From Nitrospirota bacterium (GTDB lineage: Bacteria; Nitrospirota; UBA9217), in contig JAOUEV010000002.1 of the NCBI GenBank assembly GCA_029858565.1, positions 1-64,000 on the forward strand: 64,000 nucleotides of DNA, read 5' to 3'. This document shows positions 9,055-19,126 of the stretch, piece by piece. Below the pieces are notes generated by a model. The model was not told the origin of the DNA and made no database searches. It was given only the letters and a program-made list of their open reading frames with translations. Within the stretch, counting starts at the first letter, position 1; every line of letters begins with the position of its first letter. The translations under genes were made by a program, and so were the position numbers.

Positions 9055-9762
9055 ATGAACCTTATCCTGCTCTTTCCCGAAGACATCCTGGAGAACGGCC
9101 GCGCGCGGCTCGCGGGCTATCGTCTCAAACACGTGCTCGAGGTCCATCGCGCAGCGGTCGGCGACAGGCTCGTCGTGGGCATGGTGAACGGTGCCAGGGG
9201 AACGGGGACCGTGACCGCGATCAACAGGGAAGCGCTTGAACTGGACCTGCTGCTCAACGAGCAGCCGTCAGCTCCCCTGGCAATGACGGTCATATTGGCC
9301 CTGCCTCGGCCCAAGGTGATGCGCAGGGTCCTGTTCTCGCTTACGGTGTTGGGCGTCAAGAAGATCATTCTGATAAATTCCCAGCGCGTGGAAAAAAGCT
9401 ATTGGCAGACGCCGTTCCTGGGCGTGGATGCGGTGACGCGGCAGCTTGTCCTCGGTCTTGAGCAGGCCCGCGACACCGTGCTGCCCGACGTGCTGCTGCG
9501 CGAGCGGTTCAAGCCTTTTGTGGAGGACGAACTGCCGGAGATCCTCAGGGGAACCGCAGCGCTGCTCGCACATCCTTACACCGACCAGCCCTGCCCGCGC
9601 GGCATCAACCGGCCGGTCACGCTGGCTGTGGGGCCTGAGGGCGGTTTTATCCCCTACGAGGTCGGGAGGTTCCGGGAGATCGGGTTCACTCCGGTATCGC
9701 TTGGTGAACGCATTCTGAATGTGGAGAACGCGATACCTGCGCTCATCTCCACGCTGCAATGA
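9055..9762 (+). CDS. rsmE: 16S rRNA m3U1498 methyltransferase
   Basis: SPOUT motifs EQARDT, VGPEGGF, SLGERILNVENA. Confidence 0.9.
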   Translation: MNLILLFPEDILENGRARLAGYRLKHVLEVHRAAVGDRLVVGMVNGARGTGTVTAINREALELDLLLNEQPSAPLAMTVILALPRPKVMRRVLFSLTVLGVKKIILINSQRVEKSYWQTPFLGVDAVTRQLVLGLEQARDTVLPDVLLRERFKPFVEDELPEILRGTAALLAHPYTDQPCPRGINRPVTLAVGPEGGFIPYEVGRFREIGFTPVSLGERILNVENAIPALISTLQ

Positions 9763-9981
9763 CCATCTCCTGACCGGTGATCGCAGCACGGACGGCGGGA
9801 AGGTTCGTTGGGAAAGAGCGGTTTATTGACGGGGACCGCCGCAACGTATATTATAGAGCCGTCAACAGAGGCCGTATTCCCCTGTGCTGCAGGCCAGACC
9901 ATTATGCCGGGCAAGCGCGTGCCCTCGGATGTTGACGTCGTTCTGTCCGAACAGTAGCGGGGCCTCGGACGGCGGAACAGA

Positions 9982-10348
9982 ATGAAAAAAAAGATCATCA
10001 TCAGCATCTTTTCCCTACCTCGCCGTCACCGGCGGCGCCTATCTCTTTTTCGCGATCAGCCATAGTGCGGCACACTTGAACGACCTGATCCTTCTTCATC
10101 AGGTCGAGCTCATGCGGGAGAAACTGGCCCTCAATATCTATCAGATACGGAAGGACCTCTATTCACTCTCTACCGCATTCCCGGAAAGCGCGGATGTGAT
10201 GCGCGGCCGTGTGAGGAAGGCGGAAATAGCGATCAACGCGTGGTTTAACTGCCACCACACCACCCTCGTGAATGATCGTCTTTTCGATCTGCAGGCTCAA
10301 ATAGCCGACTACAGCAGGAGCGTGAAAGAGGCGATAGTATTGCGATGA
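9982..10348 (+). pseudogene. Frameshifted, truncated N-terminus of a membrane sensor histidine kinase with a degenerate heme motif
   Basis: MKKKIIISIFSL, frameshift, LAVTGGAYLFFAI...LHQVELMREKL...WFNCHH (looks like a CxxCH that lost its first Cys). No kinase domain follows. Confidence 0.55.
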
Positions 10349-10349
10349 G

Positions 10350-10970
10350 ATTCCGGGCAGTTCCGCGAAGCTGCCGCACAGACCACGATCATCGGCGAGT
10401 CGCTGATCGCCACGACGAACATGAACCTGGCCGATGCGGTAAAAGGGGGGACGTTCAGAAAAGACTTTTATTACCGTCTCAACAGCTTCCATCTTATCGT
10501 GCCGCCGCTCCGTGAACGGCGCGAGGACATACTGCCGCTGGTCCGTCACTTCCTGGCGCATTTTTCGAAGAAGTATAACAAGAAGAATCCCATAATCCTG
10601 TCCCAGGATGCCGAGAAGGCCATGGTTTCCTACGCCTGGCCGGGGAACATCCGGGAAATGAAGAACTGCGTGGAGCGGCTCATTGTGCTGGGGATCGAAG
10701 GAGAGATCCTCGCAAGCCATTTGCCGCATCACTGGGCGGCGGAGCGAAAGGTCAGGTCCTGCCTGAGAGACGGCAATTTGTACTGCCTGACGCAGGCATT
10801 TCCCTGGATGATCTGGAGCGGGATATCATCCTTCAGGCGCTGGACAAGACCGACGGCAACAAGGCGCAGGCCGCGAAGCTCCTGAACATCACCTACGACA
10901 CCCTTCGGTACCAGGTGAAGAAGTTCGGTCTGGAATGGAGGCGGGGACCGGCTGAAGGCAAGAAGGTAAA
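10350..10970 (+). pseudogene. Sigma54 activator remnant (AAA+ core deleted, frameshift before the HTH)
   Basis: TIIGES joined directly to IATTNMNL...FRKDFYYRLN...YAWPGNIREMKN. The HTH GNKAQAAKLLNITYDTLRYQVKKFGL is in another frame. Walker A and GAFTGA are absent. Confidence 0.8.
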
Positions 10971-11041
10971 TGACCCGGACGCGGCCGGACAGCATCGGAT
11001 CTTGAATCGCTGGTCCGAAACCGCAATAGTTACAATAAAAG

Positions 11042-11425
11042 CTACACACCACCCGCTGCCGAACTCTGTTTCCCCGAAATATCCCTGACCATAGCAAGGA
11101 CCTCATCGATTTCGAATGGTTTCGGAAGATAGCGGCATCCGCGGCTTTGCAGGAAGTTGATCTTGTTCTCGTCGAGGTAGACCGCGGTCATGATGATTAT
11201 CGCGGTGCAAGGCGAGTCCTTCTGAATGGTCTCCATCAGATCGAGCCCATTGGCATCAGGAAGGTTCACGTCAAGAAAGCGGATCCCATAGGGGCTAGCC
11301 GAAATTTCCCGAAGCGCTTCCCTCCCCGTGGTAACCGCGGTAACGTCAAATCCCGCGTGCTTGAGCGTCTTGGACGGCGAGTAGAGGATCAGCGTCTCAT
11401 CATCGACCAGTAATATTCTTGTCAT
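11042..11425 (-). CDS. Single-domain response regulator
   Basis: ILLVDDE, FLDVNLPD.NG, IIIMTA, KPF. Confidence 0.75.
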   Translation of the reverse strand: MTRILLVDDETLILYSPSKTLKHAGFDVTAVTTGREALREISASPYGIRFLDVNLPDANGLDLMETIQKDSPCTAIIIMTAVYLDENKINFLQSRGCRYLPKPFEIDEVLAMVRDISGKQSSAAGGV

Positions 11426-11463
11426 CAGATTCACCCAGCCGCGACTGTTGATTCCTGTTCAAT

Positions 11464-11481
11464 AAGCAAATCTTATACCTA
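11464..11481 (-). promoter_or_regulatory. Putative sigma54 (-24/-12) promoter
   Basis: Minus strand taGGtataagattTGCtt gives GG-N10-GC, about 40 nt upstream of the response regulator ATG. Confidence 0.5.
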
Positions 11482-11648
11482 GGCGATGATCGCACGTTCT
11501 TCGAATAGTGGCTTCCGCTCCGGTGCACTGCAGTGCACCAGTACGCATTTCCTCTGATGTCGCTGGTCTCCCGTGTTTTCCACCCTTCCCATGGATTCAG
11601 CAACGGAATCAATTGATAGCGCAGCGATAGGCAATTTCAACGATGTAA

Positions 11649-11930
11649 GTGCCGAGGTTCTATGGCAAGTCGAGCGCGACAGCCGGATGTGCCACTGCGT
11701 CCTGTCATGGTGCGGATCTTGGCGGTGTCGCCGGCAGCGGTCCGTCCTGTACCAAGTGTCATATGGGCGGGATCTACTCCGTGCATCCGACGGACTGGGC
11801 TGCTGATATTGCGCTGCATAAGACCTGCGTGGCATCCAAGGGCAGCAGTGAATGCGCCAATGCCGTCTGTCACGGCACAACGCTCACCAGCGTATCGCTC
11901 AGCGGCCCGAGCTGCTATGCCTGTCACTAG
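11649..11930 (+). pseudogene. C-terminal fragment of a CxxxxCH/CxxCH multiheme cytochrome c
   Basis: CATASCH, CTKCH, CANAVCH, CYACH. No signal peptide or RBS, and an in-frame stop lies immediately upstream. Confidence 0.7.
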
Positions 11931-12024
11931 CATACTGTGAAGCGGAACGGCGATTTGCACTGTGCAGCGATGAGGAGGCGTTTTCATGCGCCTCTTTATT
12001 TTTATTACAGAACCGGAGTCTTAT

Positions 12025-12906
12025 CTAGAGCGTGATCTCGGTGCCGATGCCGGCCTGGGTGAAGATCTCGAGCAGGAGCGCGTGGGGGATCCGGCCGTCG
12101 ATGATGTGGACCTTGACGCAGCCGGCTTCGAGCGCGTCAAAGCAGGATTTGGTCTTGGGAAGCATGCCGCCGCTCACGGTCCCGGCCTTGACCATGCTTT
12201 CCACCTTCTTCTTGTTCAGCGACGGGATGAGGTTCTTGTCCTTGTCCAGGATGCCCGCGGTGTCGGTCAGCAGGATGAGCTTCTCGGCCTTGAGCGCGCC
12301 TGCGACAGCGCCTGCCACGAGATCAGCGTTGATGTTGTAGGTCTCGCCTTTTCCGCCCACGCCCACCGGCGCGATCACGGGAATGAACCCGCCCTGGTCC
12401 AGCGCCTGCAGCGCGCCCGGCCGCACCTCGGTCACCTCGCCCACGAGCCCGATGTCGATGATCTCGGTCTCGCCGGTCTCCTCGGAGGTCTTGGTCATCT
12501 TGAGCTTCCGCGCCTGGACCAGGCCGCCGTCCTTGCCGGTGAGTCCCACGGCCTTGCCGCCGGCCTGGTTGATCAGGTTCACGATCTCCTTGTTCACCTT
12601 GCCGCCCAGCACCATCTCCACGATGTCCATGGTCTCTTCGTCCGTGACCCGCTGGCCCGAGACAAAGGTCGCCTTTTTGCCCATGCGCTCCATGGTCTTC
12701 CCGATCTGCGGGCCGCCGCCGTGAACGATCACCGGGTTGATCCCGATATACCGCAGCAGCACAACGTCCTGGGCAAAGGACTGCTTCAGGTTCTCGTCGA
12801 TCATGGCGTTGCCGCCGTACTTGATCACGAAGGTCTTGCCCCGAAAGGTCTGGATGTAGGGAAGGGCCTCGATAAGGGTCTTTGCTTTTTCGATCAGTTT
12901 TTCCAT
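12025..12906 (-). CDS. argB: Acetylglutamate kinase
   Basis: [35 protein letters not shown]. Confidence 0.96.
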   Translation of the reverse strand: MEKLIEKAKTLIEALPYIQTFRGKTFVIKYGGNAMIDENLKQSFAQDVVLLRYIGINPVIVHGGGPQIGKTMERMGKKATFVSGQRVTDEETMDIVEMVLGGKVNKEIVNLINQAGGKAVGLTGKDGGLVQARKLKMTKTSEETGETEIIDIGLVGEVTEVRPGALQALDQGGFIPVIAPVGVGGKGETYNINADLVAGAVAGALKAEKLILLTDTAGILDKDKNLIPSLNKKKVESMVKAGTVSGGMLPKTKSCFDALEAGCVKVHIIDGRIPHALLLEIFTQAGIGTEITL

Positions 12907-12921
12907 GGAAACCTCAACACA

Positions 12922-14274
12922 TTATAAAATATATCTGCTCAGATCCTCGCTCTTCGCGATGTCCGCAAGCCGGTCCCGCACATAGGCCGCATTGATGACC
13001 ACCTTCACGCCTTTCTGTTCCGGGGCAGTGAAGGATATCTCGTCGAGCAGACGCTCCATGACCGTGTGGAGCCTGCGCGCGCCGATGTTCTCGGTCCGCT
13101 CGTTCACCTGCGCCGCAGTGGCCGCGACGGCCTCGATGCCGTCAGGGGTGAAGTCCAGGGTGACCTCTTCTGTCGCAAGCAGCGCGATGCTCTGCTTGAT
13201 CAGCGCGTTCTGCGGTTCCGTCAGGATGCGCACGAACTCCTCCTGGCCGAGTGAGTCAAGCTCCACGCGGATCGGGAAGCGGCCCTGGAGCTCCGGGATC
13301 AGGTCCGAGGGCTTGGCCACATGGAAAGCTCCGGCCGCGATGAACAGCACGTGATCGGTCCTGACCGGGCCGTACTTGGTGTTGACCGTCGAGCCCTCCA
13401 CGATCGGCAGCAGGTCTCGCTGGACGCCTTCCCGGGAGACGTCGGGACCCCGGCCGCCCTCGCGGCCCGCGATCTTGTCGATCTCGTCAAGGAACACGAT
13501 CCCTGATTGCTCGATCCGCTTGAGCGCCTCGCGCACCGCCTTGTCCATGTCGATGAGTTTTGTAGCTTCTTCCTGCACCAGGAACCGAAGGGCCTCGGGG
13601 ACCTTCAACTTTCGCTTCTTGGTCTTTTCGGGAAGGAACCCGCCGAGCATCTCCTTCAGGTTCATCTCGATCTCTTCCATGCCCACGTTCGAGATGATGC
13701 CGAAGGGCATCACTTTTTCCTTGGCGTCGATCTCCACGAGCCGCTCATCGAGCTTCCCGCTGCGCAGCTGCTGGCGGAGCTTTTCCCGCGTTCCGGTCTG
13801 CTGCTCATGGCGTTTCTGTTCGTCCTCGGGCGTTTCCTCGGCGCTCAGCGTCCGGATCGGCGGAAGGAGCAGGTCGAGCAAGCGCTCTTCGGCCAGTGCC
13901 GCGGCCTTTTCCTGCACCTCGGCCTGCATCTCGTCCTTGACCATGTTGATGCCGATCTCGGTCAGGTCCCGGATGATCGAGTCCACGTCGCGGCCCACGT
14001 AGCCCACTTCAGTGAACTTCGAGGCCTCGATCTTGAGGAACGGGGCGCTCACGAGCCGGGCGAGCCGGCGGGCGATCTCGGTCTTGCCCACGCCTGTCGG
14101 GCCGATCATGATGATGTTCTTCGGCATCACCTCGTCCCGCAGGTCATCGGCCAGACGCTGTCTGCGCCAGCGGTTCCGGAGGGCGATGGCAACGGCGCGC
14201 TTGGCCTTGTGCTGGCCGATGATGTACTTGTCCAGCTCTTCGACGATCTGGCGCGGTGTAAGGGTGTTGTTCAT
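12922..14274 (-). CDS. hslU: HslUV protease ATPase subunit
   Basis: [57 protein letters not shown]. Confidence 0.97.
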   Translation of the reverse strand: MNNTLTPRQIVEELDKYIIGQHKAKRAVAIALRNRWRRQRLADDLRDEVMPKNIIMIGPTGVGKTEIARRLARLVSAPFLKIEASKFTEVGYVGRDVDSIIRDLTEIGINMVKDEMQAEVQEKAAALAEERLLDLLLPPIRTLSAEETPEDEQKRHEQQTGTREKLRQQLRSGKLDERLVEIDAKEKVMPFGIISNVGMEEIEMNLKEMLGGFLPEKTKKRKLKVPEALRFLVQEEATKLIDMDKAVREALKRIEQSGIVFLDEIDKIAGREGGRGPDVSREGVQRDLLPIVEGSTVNTKYGPVRTDHVLFIAAGAFHVAKPSDLIPELQGRFPIRVELDSLGQEEFVRILTEPQNALIKQSIALLATEEVTLDFTPDGIEAVAATAAQVNERTENIGARRLHTVMERLLDEISFTAPEQKGVKVVINAAYVRDRLADIAKSEDLSRYIL

Positions 14275-14816
14275 AGCAGTTCTTCCACCGTGATCTCCCT
14301 GTTCGTATAGATGCAGATGTCCGATGCGATCTTCATGGACTCCTCGACGATCCGGCGCGCGGCGAAATCGGTGTTCTCGACGAGCGCCCGGGCCGCGGCA
14401 AGGGCGTAGGGCCCGCCGGAGCCTATGGCGGCGATGCCGTTCTCCGGCTCGATAACGTCGCCGTTGCCTGACAGCACGAAGGTCCGTTCGTTGTCCGCAA
14501 CGATCATGAGCGCTTCGAGCCGCCGAAGCACTTTGTCGGTCCGCCAGTCCTTGGCAAGCTCGACCGCGGCGCGGGTAAGGTTGCCCCGATACTGCTCGAG
14601 CTTGGTCTCGAACTTCTCGAAGAGCGTGAAAGCGTCCGCTGTGGCGCCGGCGAATCCGGTCAGGATCCGGTCACCGTACATCTTGCGCACCTTGACGGCA
14701 TTATGCTTCATGACCGTGGCGCCCACGGTCACCTGGCCGTCGCCGCCGATGGCGGTCTTGTTGTTCCGCCTGACGCAGAGGATGGTGGTCGCGTGCATGG
14801 TGGTGATCTCGTTCAT
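14271..14816 (-). CDS. hslV: HslUV protease peptidase subunit
   Basis: [32 protein letters not shown]. Confidence 0.97.
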   Translation of the reverse strand: MNEITTMHATTILCVRRNNKTAIGGDGQVTVGATVMKHNAVKVRKMYGDRILTGFAGATADAFTLFEKFETKLEQYRGNLTRAAVELAKDWRTDKVLRRLEALMIVADNERTFVLSGNGDVIEPENGIAAIGSGGPYALAAARALVENTDFAARRIVEESMKIASDICIYTNREITVEELL

Positions 14817-14899
14817 AGGAACTCCCGGGAAATGCCTGTCAGGTCTTATCTCGGTCTTGTGTTTTCCCGACCTACCCTTGATTTCTTGCGCTTCAGGTC

Positions 14900-15787
14900 T
14901 TATGCTTTGTTTTTCTTCGCTCTCGGATGCGCCTTGTCATAGGTCTCCATGAGCGAATCCAGGTTCAGATGGGTGTACCGCTGGGTCGTGGACAGGCTCG
15001 CGTGTCCCAGGAGTTCCTGGATCGACCTGAGGTCAGCTCCGGACTCCAGAAGGTGCGTCGCGTAACTGTGACGAAGCGTATGAGGGCTTGCCGTGTGCGA
15101 TAAACCCAGTTTTTTCCGATAGTTTCCTAAAATACGCTGAACGGTCCGGACTGTCAAGCGTTTTCCCGAAGGGTTGGTGAATACCGCTCCATCGCCGGTG
15201 GAAACAGCCTTTCCCGCGCAGTATGCGTCTATCGCATCAAGGGCCTTGTTGCCAACGGGAACGATCCGCTCCTTGCGGCCTTTCCCTCTGATGCGGACCA
15301 AGTGGCCATTGCGGTCTATATCCTCATGGTTCATGCCCACAAGTTCACTTACCCGGATGCCCGTGGAATAGAGCGTTTCCAGAACAGCGCGGTCCCGAAG
15401 CGCTTCGCGCTGGTCTTCCGAGGGAGCCTGCATAAGCCTGAACGCGTCGTCGACCGTCAGGACCGAGGGAAGCCGCTTGTCCTGCCGCGGCGTCGCGAGG
15501 AGCTTCGCGGGATTCCGGTCAAGGACTCCCTGACGGTTCAGATAGGAGAAAAAAGCGCGCACCGCGGAAAGCTTGCGGCTGATCGTGGACTTCCTGAGCT
15601 TGAGGTCCATCAGGTGGCCCAGGAACGAGCGCAGGTCCTGATGGGTGATGGCATCAACAGTGATCGTGCCGAAGAAGGACGCGAACTGGTCGAGGTCGGT
15701 GCTATAGCCCCGTTCGGTGTTGGCAGAGACGTTCCTCCCGTCCTTGAGATGCCGGAGAAACGCCGCGATATGCTCTTGCAGGGACAT
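14900..15787 (-). CDS. xerC: Tyrosine recombinase XerC
   Basis: [55 protein letters not shown]; upstream of hslV. Start trimmed to MSLQEH. Confidence 0.9.
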   Translation of the reverse strand: MSLQEHIAAFLRHLKDGRNVSANTERGYSTDLDQFASFFGTITVDAITHQDLRSFLGHLMDLKLRKSTISRKLSAVRAFFSYLNRQGVLDRNPAKLLATPRQDKRLPSVLTVDDAFRLMQAPSEDQREALRDRAVLETLYSTGIRVSELVGMNHEDIDRNGHLVRIRGKGRKERIVPVGNKALDAIDAYCAGKAVSTGDGAVFTNPSGKRLTVRTVQRILGNYRKKLGLSHTASPHTLRHSYATHLLESGADLRSIQELLGHASLSTTQRYTHLNLDSLMETYDKAHPRAKKNKA

Positions 15788-15840
15788 GCAATACTCTATC
15801 CCATCAAGAGCGGTTTTGCAAGGCAGGGAAGGCAGGAAGC

Positions 15841-18081
15841 TCAGGAGGTCGAACGCGCGGCGCCGGGGCCAGCCGATGAGAAGGCCTTTTTGACCATGAC
15901 GGCAAGGTCGACATTGGTAAAGGGCTTTTGCATGAAACCGAGCGCGCCCATGCGCAGCAGCTCGTCGATGCCCGCGAAGTTCTTGTTGCTGTAGCCCGAA
16001 TAGAGCAGTATCCGTACCGCGGGATCGATGTTCCTGAGCGCGTGGAACACCTCGGTGCCGCCCATCTTGGGCATGACCATGTCCAGGATCACGAGCTGGA
16101 TGTCGTCCTTCCTCTCCCGGTAAAGGTTGATCCCCACGGGACCGCTCTCGGAAAGAAGCACGGTATAGCCGAGCGGCGTCAGGATGTCCCTGCACAGTTC
16201 GCGCACATCAGCCTCATCATCGATCACCAGGATGGTGCCGGTACCCTTGAGGTCCTCGGGCGCGTTCAGGATCTCTCCGGCCGAGGTCTTTGTTACGGGC
16301 AAGTATACGTTGAATCGGGTGCCCTGCCCGGGTTCACTGTAGAGATTGATATAACCGCCGTGCTTGTTCACGACCGACTGCACGATATAGAGACCCAGTC
16401 CTGTTCCCTTGCCCACGTCCTTGGTCGTGTAGAAGGGATCGAAGATCCTGGTCTGGGTCTCCGTATCGATCCCGGCTCCGGCATCGGAAACGGAAAGCCG
16501 GATGAAGGGGTCCGGATCACCCGCCGCCTGGCCGTTCGCTGATGCGCCGATGACCGCTGTTTCGATGACCATCTTCCCGCCGTCAGGCATGGCGTCGCGT
16601 GCATTGACGGCCAGGTTGATGATGACCTGCTGGATCTGCGCCGGATCCCCGTTCGTGAGCGGCAGGTGCTCGTCAAGGTGGACCGCGATATCGATGTTCT
16701 TGGGCATGCTGCGGAGCAGCAGTTCCATGGAGCTGTTCACGAGCTCATTCACCTGCACCGGACGGGTCTGGAGCTTTTCCTTCCGGGTGATGGTCAATAT
16801 CTTTTTCCCGAACTCAGCGCCCCGTTTTGCCGCGTTATGGATGATCGAGGCGGGCTTGAACAGGGGGTCGCCTTCGCTCAGTGATTTCAGCAGGATGCTT
16901 GAGTAGCCGAGGATCGCGGTCAGAAGATTGTTGAAGTCGTGGGCCATGCCGCCGGCAAGGGTGCCCACAGCTTCAAGTTTCTGAGAACGGATCAAACGTT
17001 CTTCGAGCCGTTTTTTCTCGGTGACATCGATAAGGTAGCCGTCAAAGCCGGAGACCTGTCCTGATGCATCCGACCGGGGATAGAGCGAAAGCGAGACATG
17101 GAGCTCGGCACCGCCCCGGCCGACAGCGCGGTCCTCAATGTGCAGGCCCTTTTCCGCCGATGCCCTGCGCAGGCAGTCGGTGGCCGGGCGTTCACCGATA
17201 AGGATGTCGCATAATCCGGAAGCATCGCCGAAAAGGTCGCGAAAACGCCCGTTCCGTTCGACAATGGTCCCGTGCTCGTCGATGCGGAAGATCCCGTGCT
17301 CGACGCGTTCAAAGAGCGAACGTATCCGCTGGTCCGAATCGGTCAGCTGCTGTTCGCGGTCGCGGACCGTGACCAGGAGGTGACGGAATTCCCGGGAGAG
17401 GTCAGCGATCTCTCCCTCGCCAAGTGCTGCAGGCAGGGAGTGCGGGTCAAGATTTCCTTCCTGGAACAGGGCCACGGACCGATGCAGGGCCATGACGGGT
17501 TTTATGACCAGGCGTCCCATGAGGATGTTGATCAGGACGATCGCCGCAAAGGCGACGAGCGCGGTAACTGCGACATTGACCGTGATGATATTGCGTATGT
17601 CCTGTTTGATCGATGCCGACGATAGAAGAAGACGCACATAGCCGATGGGAAAGCCCGAGGTGTCACCGTCCGGCCGGAACAGAATGGGTTCGTAAAAATC
17701 ATATCCGCCCGTGACCGGAAAGGATATCGCATCGTTTGCAGACCGGTAATGGAGAAGCGCGCGGGGGTCGGGAGCATCCTGGAGCCGCTCGAAGGGATAT
17801 GCGTCGATGGGGTCCCAGACGTTCGAGAAAACCTGGATCTGCATCACATCAGGCGCCTGGATGATGGCCGCGGCCTTTTTGATGAGGTTCAGATCCTCCT
17901 TGAGGAGGCCTTCTTCGGCGGATTTCGCCAGCGCATAGGACAATGCTGATCCGCGGATCACCCGTCCCTGATACTTGCTGCGGTTATAGGTGGAGATGAA
18001 GAGGGCGGTGCTGATCGCGCTGACCGCAATGATGATCAGCGCGACGGTCAGCGAGACCTTGGCGTGGAGGGTCAGTCTCAT
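15841..18081 (-). CDS. Membrane hybrid sensor histidine kinase (TM-HAMP-PAS-HisKA-HATPase-REC)
   Basis: Two TM segments, AHDFNNLL, NARDAMP, PFYTTK..GKGTGLGL, C-terminal LVIDDE/LDMVMP receiver. Confidence 0.9.
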   Translation of the reverse strand: MRLTLHAKVSLTVALIIIAVSAISTALFISTYNRSKYQGRVIRGSALSYALAKSAEEGLLKEDLNLIKKAAAIIQAPDVMQIQVFSNVWDPIDAYPFERLQDAPDPRALLHYRSANDAISFPVTGGYDFYEPILFRPDGDTSGFPIGYVRLLLSSASIKQDIRNIITVNVAVTALVAFAAIVLINILMGRLVIKPVMALHRSVALFQEGNLDPHSLPAALGEGEIADLSREFRHLLVTVRDREQQLTDSDQRIRSLFERVEHGIFRIDEHGTIVERNGRFRDLFGDASGLCDILIGERPATDCLRRASAEKGLHIEDRAVGRGGAELHVSLSLYPRSDASGQVSGFDGYLIDVTEKKRLEERLIRSQKLEAVGTLAGGMAHDFNNLLTAILGYSSILLKSLSEGDPLFKPASIIHNAAKRGAEFGKKILTITRKEKLQTRPVQVNELVNSSMELLLRSMPKNIDIAVHLDEHLPLTNGDPAQIQQVIINLAVNARDAMPDGGKMVIETAVIGASANGQAAGDPDPFIRLSVSDAGAGIDTETQTRIFDPFYTTKDVGKGTGLGLYIVQSVVNKHGGYINLYSEPGQGTRFNVYLPVTKTSAGEILNAPEDLKGTGTILVIDDEADVRELCRDILTPLGYTVLLSESGPVGINLYRERKDDIQLVILDMVMPKMGGTEVFHALRNIDPAVRILLYSGYSNKNFAGIDELLRMGALGFMQKPFTNVDLAVMVKKAFSSAGPGAARSTS

Positions 18082-18950
18082 TTAGCGTCCCCAAGGGAGA
18101 CGATGTTCTTCGAGCTGATGAAACGCTGGCCATCGGCGCTGAGCGCGAATTCAACGAACTTCCTGACCTGCGGTTTCGGGTCCTTTGGCAGGAGCAGGAA
18201 CAAGGGACGCTTGAGCGGATAGGTGTTCCGGACGATGCTCCTTATCGAGGGTCTCACGCCGTCCACCTGAAGCATTTTAACCTTGCGGTGCTGGGCGCTG
18301 CTGAATCCGGTAGTGGCAAATCCTTCCGGCGTCCGTTCTATCATCTGCTCCACGATGCCGGTGGACGAAACAAAGGATGCGTGCGGCGTTTCGACAGGCT
18401 CCTTGCCGCCGAGCAGGAGCGTTCGCATGGAACCTTCGACACCGGAAAGGCCTTTGCGGGCGCGGGAAACAAATACTTTCATTCGCAGGTCCGGCCCGCC
18501 CATGTTTTTCCAGTTCGTGATGCTGCCGGCATAGATGGACCTCGCTTGGGCAAGGGAGATCGTCGAAGCGGTATTCGTCGGATGAACGATGAATACCAGC
18601 GCGTCCCAGGCAACCTGGACAAAGGTGATATCCGTTGGATCGTCAACTGCCCGGGGTCTGCACGCTGCCGCGAAGTCAACATTGCCGCTCCGGAGGTCCT
18701 CGATGCCCACAACGCTGCCGCCGCCGCGCACCAGTACCCTGGTCCCGGACCGGCGTTCGTACTCTTTCGCGAGGTCAGTCAGGTAGCCTACGTTGCTGAC
18801 CGAGCACCCGCTGCCGGTGATGACCGTGCGGGGATCTGCAAGCGCGATCGCTGCGGAGAGAACAAGGATGAGGACGATCGCCGTGAGTATCCCGACGAAA
18901 GAACCGGCGCGACCTCGCCTGGTGCAAGGGACGGGAGCTCTGGGCGGCAT
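18078..18950 (-). CDS. PstS-like periplasmic binding protein (PBP domain)
   Basis: Signal/TM segment, GGGSVVGI, VAWDALVFIVHPTN, ITNWK..GG, YPLKRPLFL; its stop overlaps the kinase start. Confidence 0.8.
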   Translation of the reverse strand: MPPRAPVPCTRRGRAGSFVGILTAIVLILVLSAAIALADPRTVITGSGCSVSNVGYLTDLAKEYERRSGTRVLVRGGGSVVGIEDLRSGNVDFAAACRPRAVDDPTDITFVQVAWDALVFIVHPTNTASTISLAQARSIYAGSITNWKNMGGPDLRMKVFVSRARKGLSGVEGSMRTLLLGGKEPVETPHASFVSSTGIVEQMIERTPEGFATTGFSSAQHRKVKMLQVDGVRPSIRSIVRNTYPLKRPLFLLLPKDPKPQVRKFVEFALSADGQRFISSKNIVSLGDAK

Positions 18951-19126
18951 GGGGTCTCCGACTGCTTCAGGTTGGACGTATAAGCACTGTCAGAATAGCA
19001 TGGTTGGTTCGCAGTGGCAAGGGGGGCGGTCAAAAATCAAGGCTAATTCGCGGAGCCGAGGGAATGCAATAAAATGCATTGCCGGCAGCTGCAGAGAAAC
19101 GCGCGAGAAAGGTCAGGTGTGCGCGA

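Noticed and set aside
14900-15787. Tyrosine recombinase as a phage or integron integrase for the attC site
   Set aside because: It sits in the housekeeping xerC-hslVU context and shows no IntI-specific insertion.
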